DNA from: Candidatus Caenarcanales bacterium
Lineage (GTDB): Bacteria; Cyanobacteriota; Vampirovibrionia; LMEP-6097
Reading direction: 5' to 3'
Length of the DNA stretch: 64,000 nt
Assembly: GCA_013216135.1 (NCBI GenBank)
Contig: JABSOS010000016.1
Coordinates: 6,718 to 70,717, forward strand
The first letter of the stretch is position 1. The number at the start of each line of letters is the position of its first letter. The notes beneath the pieces were generated by a model, which was not told the DNA's origin, ran no database searches, and worked only from the letters and a program-made list of their open reading frames with translations. Shown piece after piece: positions 10,629 through 17,660 of this stretch. Both the position numbers and the translations under genes were made by a program.

Positions 10629-11273
10629 CTAAACATCTTTAATCAGACGAGTAGCATGATAATCGTTATACAAAGAAGTATCTTTTGTTTTAACGAAATC
10701 CATAACCGTGTCCAACTCTTCATTCAAGATTTCATTTGCTTGCTCAAAGATCTCTGTAAGCTCTTGTCTTGCAGCTTTGCTCTGCCCGAATTTAGCATCT
10801 TTAGAATCAGAAGCGTTTTCGTAGTCATCTATCTTCATCTGTAAATCTTTTAAGATATCTCTTTCTAAGCCAAATTTATTTAATTTCTGAAGATTCTCCT
10901 CAACCAAGACTGCAATAGCCTTTGCTTTTTGCAAAAGGTCAGCATCTCTCATTTTCTTAAGCCCACTATTTGTAAGCCTAGTCATAATCTTCAGCTGTTC
11001 ATCATCATTTCTTCGAGCGAAGATATGAACCACACCAGCTACAGCAAGCAAAGCATCGATCAAATCATCTTCTGCCTTCTCTTTAGTCGCTGCCGCTCCT
11101 TCAGAAACTAATTTATATTTATTGTCGACCTCTGGGATTTCCTTTAGTAATTTCTGGAAATCTTTAAACACTAATGAAAGCGCGGGAGTTGAACTCACCG
11201 TTTCTTTACTTTCAAGAAGCACTTCCTCAACAGCTTTAAACATTACGTATCTGTTTTTCTCTTTTCTATCCAC
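10629..11273 (-). CDS. hypothetical protein (helical, charged)
   Basis: 214 aa ORF; divergent from the respiratory operon. Confidence 0.5.
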   Translation of the reverse strand: MDRKEKNRYVMFKAVEEVLLESKETVSSTPALSLVFKDFQKLLKEIPEVDNKYKLVSEGAAATKEKAEDDLIDALLAVAGVVHIFARRNDDEQLKIMTRLTNSGLKKMRDADLLQKAKAIAVLVEENLQKLNKFGLERDILKDLQMKIDDYENASDSKDAKFGQSKAARQELTEIFEQANEILNEELDTVMDFVKTKDTSLYNDYHATRLIKDV

Positions 11274-11367
11274 ACAAAACTCCTTCTACAAATATTGGAT
11301 TTCATTTTCTTTTAAGATTTTAGTCTTTTTCCAAAAAAAGATCATGATTTCTTAAGTTTTTTTGCAA

Positions 11368-11461
11368 ATTTCGTCACTTTGGATGACTATTTCGCGACTA
11401 AACTGAGTCATTTCGTGACAAAAGACATCAATTTCTCGACTTGAGATACCAATTTCTCCAC
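11368..11461. promoter_or_regulatory. five direct repeats ATTTC(G/T)(T/C)(G/C)AC phased at exactly 21 bp (starts 11368, 11389, 11410, 11431, 11452)
   Basis: read directly: ATTTCGTCAC / ATTTCGCGAC / ATTTCGTGAC / ATTTCTCGAC / ATTTCTCCAC; sits between divergent genes just upstream of a -10-like TACAAT and the 11531 start. Confidence 0.6.
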
Positions 11462-11530
11462 TTAATCCTTAGAAATATCTAAAGTAAAAAATGTTTTACG
11501 GAGTTACAATCATTCTTAAGGATAGTTTCT

Positions 11531-12628
11531 ATGGATCCGATAGCAAATATAGTTCCAAATTACCAAGATTTACCATTCCCAGCACCACTCTGGCTACTCC
11601 AAATACTCTTAATCGTCGGTTTTTTCACACATGTAGTGCCGATGAACGTAGCTTTAGCAGGTGGAGCGGTCTCAAGTATACTTTTAGGTAATAAAGAAGG
11701 TAGCTATGCCCATAAAGCTGGACGTCAGCTTGCATTTTCGCTGCCATTCTTCACTTCTTTAGCTATAACACAGGGTATAGTGCCTTTACTTTTCCTTCAA
11801 TTAATATATGGACCAGCTTTTTATAGCTCGTCTATATTAATGGCAGTGCCTTGGATTTTGATTTTAGTATTTTTATTAATAGGTTATTACGCTCAGTATA
11901 TTTATAAGTTCAAGGGTGAAAAATTTGGTAAAGCTGCACCTATCTTCTTAGTAATTTCAAGCTTCCTATTTTTAATAATCGCTTTTATTTTTGTTAATAA
12001 TATGACGCTAATGCTTAATCCTAATGAGTGGTTAGAACTAGCGAAAAAAGGAACTAGTGGTATTAATCTAAATTTAAATGATCCACAAATCATCCCTAGA
12101 TTTTTACACTTTGCAATTTCTTCTATCGCAATCACCGGTATCGCTTTAGGTGGCTTTGGTCTTTACTATCAGAAAAAAGATAAGGACTACGCTCACTGGT
12201 TATATAAGACAGGATCAGGAATCTATGCTGCTGTAACTCTTTTACAGTTAGGCTTCGGTACTTGGTTTATGCTTTCCTTACCTTTAGAAAGAGCGATACT
12301 TTTCATTAAAGGCGGTGGACTCGCTACAGCTTCATTCCATAGCTCAATGTTATTCATGATAGTTTCACTAGTATTTTCAGTTTTAGTTCTAATTAAACCT
12401 AGCAAAGCTAAATTCATCGGTGCTTTAATCAGTTCACTAGTAACAGTTTTACTCATGATAGTAATGAGACACTTCCTTAGAGTCTGGAGTCTAGAAGGAG
12501 CCTTAGATCCAGGAATAGTTCCAGTTCAAATTCAATGGGATTGGTTAGTAATATTCGGTGTTCTAACTATAGGTGTAATTTTTTATATAGGTTGGTTAAT
12601 TAAAATTTGTCTAAAGGCAAATAAGTAA
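11531..12628 (+). CDS. cytochrome bd subunit-I-like (CydA-like) membrane protein, divergent and truncated paralog
   Basis: 365 aa polytopic; aligns by eye to the N-terminal region of the 14464 protein and to CydA (TM1 His, '...NNMTLMLNPNEW' vs '...NGILSFMLTPGNW'); lacks the conserved Glu pair. Confidence 0.5.
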   Translation: MDPIANIVPNYQDLPFPAPLWLLQILLIVGFFTHVVPMNVALAGGAVSSILLGNKEGSYAHKAGRQLAFSLPFFTSLAITQGIVPLLFLQLIYGPAFYSSSILMAVPWILILVFLLIGYYAQYIYKFKGEKFGKAAPIFLVISSFLFLIIAFIFVNNMTLMLNPNEWLELAKKGTSGINLNLNDPQIIPRFLHFAISSIAITGIALGGFGLYYQKKDKDYAHWLYKTGSGIYAAVTLLQLGFGTWFMLSLPLERAILFIKGGGLATASFHSSMLFMIVSLVFSVLVLIKPSKAKFIGALISSLVTVLLMIVMRHFLRVWSLEGALDPGIVPVQIQWDWLVIFGVLTIGVIFYIGWLIKICLKANK

Positions 12629-12639
12629 GAGGTTTTGAG

Positions 12640-13086
12640 ATGATAGCAGGCACAAGAAGAGTTTTTGTTAGATGGATAACTGGAGTTTTTGCTGCTCTAT
12701 GGGCAGGGATGGCAAGTTACCCTTTCTTTAGATATTTAATTTCAGGTACTAAGAAAAAACAAGCAGGTGAAGAATTAGTAACCTCAATTTCACTTGGGAG
12801 CTCTGAAGAGTTTTTACCGGGAGCTTCTAAGAATTTCAAATTTGGTTCTGCTCCTGCTCTATTAGTAAGATCAGAAGATGGTGCTTTTCACGCTTATAAT
12901 GCTATCTGCACTCACTTAGGCTGTACAGTTCAATACAATGAAGAGAAAAAGAACATCTGGTGCGCTTGTCATGGTGGTGTCTATGACACAGCTTCAGGTA
13001 AAAACTTAGCTGGACCTCCACCTAAGCCATTAAAGGCTCTAAACGTGGAAGTTAAAGAGGGAGAGATTATTGTTTCAAGGGCATAG
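12640..13086 (+). CDS. petA: Rieske [2Fe-2S] protein
   Basis: 'CTHLGC' and 'CACHGG' Rieske boxes; Tat-like 'GTRRVFV' N-terminus plus TM anchor. Confidence 0.85.
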   Translation: MIAGTRRVFVRWITGVFAALWAGMASYPFFRYLISGTKKKQAGEELVTSISLGSSEEFLPGASKNFKFGSAPALLVRSEDGAFHAYNAICTHLGCTVQYNEEKKNIWCACHGGVYDTASGKNLAGPPPKPLKALNVEVKEGEIIVSRA

Positions 13087-13112
13087 AAAAACAAAGAACT
13101 TAGGCAATTTCT

Positions 13113-13216
13113 CAAATTCAAGGCTTTTGAGGATGAAAAAGCGCAGTGTAATGGAATTACATGAGCATTTTGAAGACGAGAATAACGCAGAAGTTGAGAA
13201 AGTGAGTAAGTTCTAA
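13113..13216 (+). repeat. intergenic module, copy 1 (Rieske / cyt b spacer)
   Basis: about 75-80% nucleotide identity to 14345-14450 (CAA[A/G]TTCAAGGCTT ... TTTTGAAG.[C/G]GAG.ATAACGCAGAA.TTG.G.AAGTGAGTAAG). Confidence 0.6.
13133..13216 (+). CDS. possible 27-aa small ORF inside the duplicated intergenic module (MKKRSVMELHEHFEDENNAEVEKVSKF)
   Basis: ATG-to-TAA ORF; its C-terminal half is conserved with the sORF at 14306; could instead be a structured RNA. Confidence 0.25.
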   Translation: MKKRSVMELHEHFEDENNAEVEKVSKF

Positions 13217-13220
13217 AAAG

Positions 13221-14306
13221 GTGTATAGTATGAGTTTAACGAGTTCCGACAACAAATTTTATAGCTGGCTTGATGATAGGGTTGGGGTTTCTGGCTTTAT
13301 TAAAGCAGCTGAGAAAAAAGAAGTTCCAGTTCATAAGCAAAGCATGTGGTATTACATGGGTGGAATTGCCATGGTATTACTTGCAATTCAAGGCTTAACT
13401 GGAATCTTATTAATGGTTTACTATGTACCAGAAATAAGTTCTGCACACTCATCTGTTTTATTTATTAATACTCAGATTGAATTTGGTTGGTTTGTAAGAT
13501 CACTTCATAGCTGGGCTGCAAATATTTTGATTTTCATTTTATTTGTGCACATGTTTAGTGCTTACTTTATGAAAGCTTATAGAAAGCCACGTGAAGTAAC
13601 CTGGTTCAGTGGTATGGCACTTTTAGGAATTTGCTTTGCTTTCGGTTTTACTGGTTACCTTTTACCATGGGATGAAATCGCTTTCTTCGCAACTAAAATA
13701 GGTTTAGACATCGCTGGTAAAACACCTTTCATCGGTGGCGTAATCGCTGACTTATTAAGAGGTGGTGCAGAGATCGGTCAAGGAACTATCTCTAGATTCT
13801 TTTTAATTCACGTTATTTTATTACCGATAGCATTATTTGCTGTTGCTGGTTTGCACCTACTTTTAGTTCAACTTCACGGTATGTCTGAACCAGAGAGTTT
13901 TAAGAAAGCTAAGAAAAAGAAATATGAAAAATTCTTCCCAGACTTTTTAGTAAAAGATTTTATGGTTTGGTTATTTTTCTTTAACTTAGTTGCAGGAATA
14001 GTAGCACTCTTCCCTTGGGGCTTAGGTCCAGAAGCTGATCCATTTGCTCCAGCTCCAGCTGGTATTAAACCAGAATGGTATTTTCTTGCTATGTTCCAAT
14101 TCTTAAAACTTCTTCCTCCTCACATCGGACCTTTTGAAGGAGAGATTTTAGGGATAGCATTCTTTGGAGTTTTAGCGTTAGTGCTTTTCGTTGCACCATT
14201 TATAGATACAGGTAAAAGTAAAGCTGTGAGTAAATTCTTTGATGTCTATGGAATTCTGTTCACTATAGGATTTGTTGGCTTTACTGTTTGGGGGATGCTT
14301 GATTAA
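13221..14306 (+). CDS. petB: cytochrome b, b6-type (b6 and subunit IV fused)
   Basis: His pairs in helices B ('HSWAANILIFILFVH') and D ('IHVILL...GLHLLL'); 'PEWYFL' motif; ATG at 13230 may be the real start. Confidence 0.85.
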   Translation: MYSMSLTSSDNKFYSWLDDRVGVSGFIKAAEKKEVPVHKQSMWYYMGGIAMVLLAIQGLTGILLMVYYVPEISSAHSSVLFINTQIEFGWFVRSLHSWAANILIFILFVHMFSAYFMKAYRKPREVTWFSGMALLGICFAFGFTGYLLPWDEIAFFATKIGLDIAGKTPFIGGVIADLLRGGAEIGQGTISRFFLIHVILLPIALFAVAGLHLLLVQLHGMSEPESFKKAKKKKYEKFFPDFLVKDFMVWLFFFNLVAGIVALFPWGLGPEADPFAPAPAGIKPEWYFLAMFQFLKLLPPHIGPFEGEILGIAFFGVLALVLFVAPFIDTGKSKAVSKFFDVYGILFTIGFVGFTVWGMLD

Positions 14307-14467
14307 TGAAACCTTTTGATAAAACTAGGGCTTGCGCACTTGCACAAGTTCAAGGCTTGCGAAAGCTGAAAAACCGCAGTTTACTTTTTGTAAATGAGGA
14401 TTTTGAAGCTGAGCATAACGCAGAAATTGGGCAAGTGAGTAAGCCCTATGAGGAGTTTGAATTATGA
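14306..14467 (+). CDS. 53-aa small ORF in intergenic module copy 2, translationally coupled on both sides
   Basis: ATG overlaps the cyt b stop (TAATG); its TGA overlaps the next ATG (ATGA); the C-terminus '...EDFEAEHNAEIGQVSK' is conserved with the 13133 sORF. Confidence 0.4.
   Translation: MKPFDKTRACALAQVQGLRKLKNRSLLFVNEDFEAEHNAEIGQVSKPYEEFEL
14345..14450 (+). repeat. intergenic module, copy 2 (cyt b / CydA-cyt c spacer)
   Basis: paralogous to 13113-13216; a small hairpin at the equivalent position carries compensatory changes (TGTAAT..ATTACA vs TTTAC..GTAAA). Confidence 0.6.
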
Positions 14468-15828
14468 ATTACCCTGTTTGGAGTATACCGGGAATAGGCG
14501 GATCATGGTTAGTAGGATTAATCTCTGTTATCCACGTCTTCTTGTCACACTTTGCAGTCGGTGGTGGAATTTTCTTCGCTATCACTGAATGGATCGCTTA
14601 TAAGCGTGGTGATGACAGAATTTACCAATATCTAAAGAAACACTCTAAGTTTTTCTTACTTGCAACCACAGTTGCTGGTGCAGTAACAGGTGTCGGGATT
14701 TGGTTCTCTATTAGTTTAGTAAGTCCTGATGGTACTGGTACTTTAATCCAAAATTACACACTTGGGTGGGCGACTGAATATCTATTCTTCTTAACTGAGA
14801 TTGCGACAGTATTTGTCTATTACTATACTTGGGATAAAATCTCTAAAGAAACTCACTTAACTTTAGCTAGATGGTATGCAGTTTTATCAGTGTTCACACT
14901 AGTAATTATTAATGGAATCCTTTCATTTATGCTTACTCCAGGAAACTGGGTCGAGTCTAAGTTATGGTACGAAGGTTTCTTTAACCCTACTTACTGGCCT
15001 TCTCTATTCTTAAGAATCTTTGTAATGCTTGCGATAGCAGGAATGTATTCTTTAGTAACTTCAGCTAGAATTAAGAATAAAGACTATAAAGAATTAAAAG
15101 TTAAAAACCCTGATCCAGAGCATAAGAACGAAGATGACTTTAGAGCGTACATGCTTAAATACTCTTCTAAGTGGTTCTTCCCTGTTTTCGTTTTAGGTCC
15201 AGTATTTGGTTTCTGGTTCTTCTCACAAGTCCCAGGAAATGTACTCGATAACATCTTCAATGGTATTCAGGCTTCTGGAGTTGGAAACTTCTCTATACTA
15301 GCGAGAGCCATTTACCTAAGTTTAATTCTTTCTGGAACTATACTTATCTTCGCTTATATCGGACCATACTTAAACCCGAGAGGTTTCTCTTTTATAGCAG
15401 CTTTAGCCTTTATGGTTTGTGGTCTAGGTGTAACTGCTATTTCAGAGTGGTCTCGTGAAATGCTGAGAAAACCTTACGTAATCTATGGTTACATGTACTC
15501 AAATGGTATTAAAGTCTCAGACGTCGATAAGATAAATGAAGAGGGCTTTTTAGCCCATTCTAAATGGCGACCAGCAGATAATGAAAGTCCAGGCGAGTTT
15601 ATCTTTAAGCAACAATGCATGAAGTGTCACACTACAGATGGATATAGAAGTATGACTAGATTGCTTGGTGAAAGAGATAAAGATGCTATTAAAGGTTTCC
15701 TAACTCTTATGCATGAAACAGATATTGAAAAGAATTCATATCTGAAAATTATGCCACCGTTTGTTGGGACTAATGAAGAGATAGATATGCTTGCTTCTTA
15801 CCTGAGTACTTTAAATAAGAATAAATAG
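14464..15828 (+). CDS. CydA-like (cytochrome bd subunit I family) membrane domain fused to a C-terminal mono-heme cytochrome c
   Basis: by-eye alignment to E. coli CydA: TM1 His, 'AITE' (Glu), 'IYQYLKKHSKFF' vs 'IYKDMTKFWGKLF', 'AGAVTGVGIWF' vs 'LGVATGLTMEF', 'ATEY/LTEI' vs the Glu99/Glu107 region, 'TWDKI' vs 'GWDRL', 'NG..MLTPGNW' vs 'NGWMQNP'; C-terminal 'CMKCH' heme site and 'MPPF' Met-ligand region. Confidence 0.7.
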   Translation: MNYPVWSIPGIGGSWLVGLISVIHVFLSHFAVGGGIFFAITEWIAYKRGDDRIYQYLKKHSKFFLLATTVAGAVTGVGIWFSISLVSPDGTGTLIQNYTLGWATEYLFFLTEIATVFVYYYTWDKISKETHLTLARWYAVLSVFTLVIINGILSFMLTPGNWVESKLWYEGFFNPTYWPSLFLRIFVMLAIAGMYSLVTSARIKNKDYKELKVKNPDPEHKNEDDFRAYMLKYSSKWFFPVFVLGPVFGFWFFSQVPGNVLDNIFNGIQASGVGNFSILARAIYLSLILSGTILIFAYIGPYLNPRGFSFIAALAFMVCGLGVTAISEWSREMLRKPYVIYGYMYSNGIKVSDVDKINEEGFLAHSKWRPADNESPGEFIFKQQCMKCHTTDGYRSMTRLLGERDKDAIKGFLTLMHETDIEKNSYLKIMPPFVGTNEEIDMLASYLSTLNKNK

Positions 15829-15869
15829 CACCTTGGCATTATCTTAACCGAAGTGCTAGTATATCTTTT

Positions 15870-16931
15870 GTGTCACTAAGAAGAATTAATCCTTTTTCAC
15901 AAAAGACCATAACTCAAGAAGAAAGAAGGAAGCTCATTGAACAAGATAAGCTAATACCTCTTAGACAAGGGGTTTCTTTAAAAAGATCTTTAATTAATCT
16001 AAAATTATTAGCACTAGATGAACAGATAGAAGCCCCAGAAAGTCATAAACATTTAGGTTATTTGAAATCTATAACTGGAATCAATACCGAAAATAAGGAT
16101 CTCTGGAAGAAACTAGGTATCTATGAAAAAAATAAGATCAAAACATATTTCATTAATAATTTATCTCAAAAAGAACTATTAACTTTAAAGGAAATTTTTA
16201 ATACGGTCTATAAACACAAGAAGCATGCGGTTTGGCATTTTTTTTCACTTATATTAAATGATAAAAACGACACTATAAAAAATAAAATTAAAGCATTTGA
16301 AAGAACCAAAGAAAAAGAACTGGAACACAAAAAGCTTTCTTCAGAAATCTTAAATTTAGTGAATAATAAATTTAATTTAAACTTATCTCAATTTGAATAT
16401 CATTTACTAGATCCTTTTAGAGGAGAAGGAAATAAAATTAACAGATCACACAGAGAAATATTAAAACTAATAAAACCTCAGCACCCCGTTGTTGAAAAGA
16501 AATTTTCATTTTTAATTCCTTACTATAAACATAATCACCAAGTAACAGTAAGAAGTTCACCAGGTACTAATAAATTAAGATTCAAAGTAAGAGATTTAGA
16601 AACTAATCTTCAGCATTATTTCTTCAAGACACCAGACCGTGATGAATCCTTAGATTATATATTTGATATAGACTTAGAAACTGGTGATTTTGATATAGTT
16701 GAAGACAACTCAGCTAAAGTTAAAAAGCCAAAAAGTGATCGAGAAAAAATTGGTTTAGCAATGAGTTTCATATTTAGAACTTTACATGGTGGTTATTCCC
16801 CTGGACTGGGGCAAGGTCCCGTAATTTCGGAAAAGGATATAGACGGAAATGTTAATCACCGACAAACTCTTTATACTGGACTAAATGATAATGAAATCGA
16901 AGCATTAGGCATTCTTGGTGAACTTGCTTAA
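15870..16931 (+). CDS. hypothetical protein (lineage-specific, effector-like)
   Basis: 353 aa ORF, K/N-rich, no recognisable motif. Confidence 0.45.
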   Translation: MSLRRINPFSQKTITQEERRKLIEQDKLIPLRQGVSLKRSLINLKLLALDEQIEAPESHKHLGYLKSITGINTENKDLWKKLGIYEKNKIKTYFINNLSQKELLTLKEIFNTVYKHKKHAVWHFFSLILNDKNDTIKNKIKAFERTKEKELEHKKLSSEILNLVNNKFNLNLSQFEYHLLDPFRGEGNKINRSHREILKLIKPQHPVVEKKFSFLIPYYKHNHQVTVRSSPGTNKLRFKVRDLETNLQHYFFKTPDRDESLDYIFDIDLETGDFDIVEDNSAKVKKPKSDREKIGLAMSFIFRTLHGGYSPGLGQGPVISEKDIDGNVNHRQTLYTGLNDNEIEALGILGELA

Positions 16932-16959
16932 TCTTTGGTATATATTTTCATTTTTTATA

Positions 16960-17211
16960 TTAAGACTCTTGATCTAACTTATATTTCTCAAGCTTTTTAT
17001 GCTTAGTTAATCTACCAGAAACTCTTTTACGCCATAATCTAAAGCTTCCAGCTTTAAGTTCACGGCGCATTAGCATGATAACTTCAGCTTCGCTGAAACC
17101 CATACTTTCATGAATTTCTTCAAAGCTTGTCTTATCATCCCAAGCAGCTTTAATGATTTTATTAATCTGCTCTTGCTTTAAAGCTCTGATTTTTTTTAAG
17201 CTTTTGGACAT
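16960..17211 (-). CDS. small conserved protein, TIGR03643/DUF2805-like
   Basis: 83 aa; motif 'AAWDDKTSFEEI...GFSEAEVIMLMRRELKAGSFRLWRKRVSGRLTKH' recalled for that family. Confidence 0.45.
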   Translation of the reverse strand: MSKSLKKIRALKQEQINKIIKAAWDDKTSFEEIHESMGFSEAEVIMLMRRELKAGSFRLWRKRVSGRLTKHKKLEKYKLDQES

Positions 17212-17404
17212 ATGGAAATCTTACCCAAAATTACCTTAAACTTAGTTCAAAGATGCCCAAAAGTAAGATTAACGGTTCAAATAAAGGAAAGAGGCTTTTA
17301 AAAATATAAATCGCAATAAAGTGAATTTGATAATTTAATATCAAATACTTGATTTTCAAAGCTTATATGTATTTCAATATAAACAATCTTCAAAGGAGTA
17401 TATT

Positions 17405-17599
17405 ATGAATTCAATCAATAGTCCCAAAAGTGCTGTAAAACCCTTTATTCGTTCAGTATATCAAACAGGACCTAGCCCTGATAAACCTACAGGTACAAAA
17501 ATAGTTGATACTCCTACTAATTCAATAGTACCCAGTCCAAATATTACGAATGGAGATGTAGCTGTTAAAGACACCACTGGAAGAGCCTTAGCCTCATAA
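17405..17599 (+). CDS. small Pro/Thr/Ser-rich protein (64 aa)
   Basis: strong SD (AAAGGAG) 8 nt upstream; followed by a terminator hairpin. Confidence 0.4.
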   Translation: MNSINSPKSAVKPFIRSVYQTGPSPDKPTGTKIVDTPTNSIVPSPNITNGDVAVKDTTGRALAS

Positions 17600-17625
17600 A
17601 ACCAAGTTTTAAACTTCAATTACAA

Positions 17626-17660
17626 AAAAGACTAAAGCAAATTTGTTTTAGTCTTTTTTT
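17626..17660. terminator. bidirectional rho-independent terminator (AAAAGACTAAA / TTTAGTCTTTT 11-bp stem)
   Basis: perfect inverted repeat followed by a T-run; between the small ORF and the convergent sbcC end. Confidence 0.65.

Noticed and set aside
11368-11461. Possibility that the 21-bp phased repeats are a CRISPR array or iterons of a plasmid origin
   Set aside because: Repeat cores are only 10 bp. There are no uniform-length unique spacers of CRISPR type. No cas, rep or par genes nearby. The position upstream of an operon start fits a regulator-binding array better.
11491-11691. 66-aa ORF overlapping the start of the 11531 gene
   Set aside because: Alternative frame of the CydA-like gene's 5' end. 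The 11531 frame has the SD (AAGGA) and continues as a membrane protein.
17270-17290. tRNA-like 'GGTTCAAAT' T-loop-like string
   Set aside because: No acceptor stem, D-arm or anticodon arm can be assembled around it. No tRNA was recognised in any intergenic gap.
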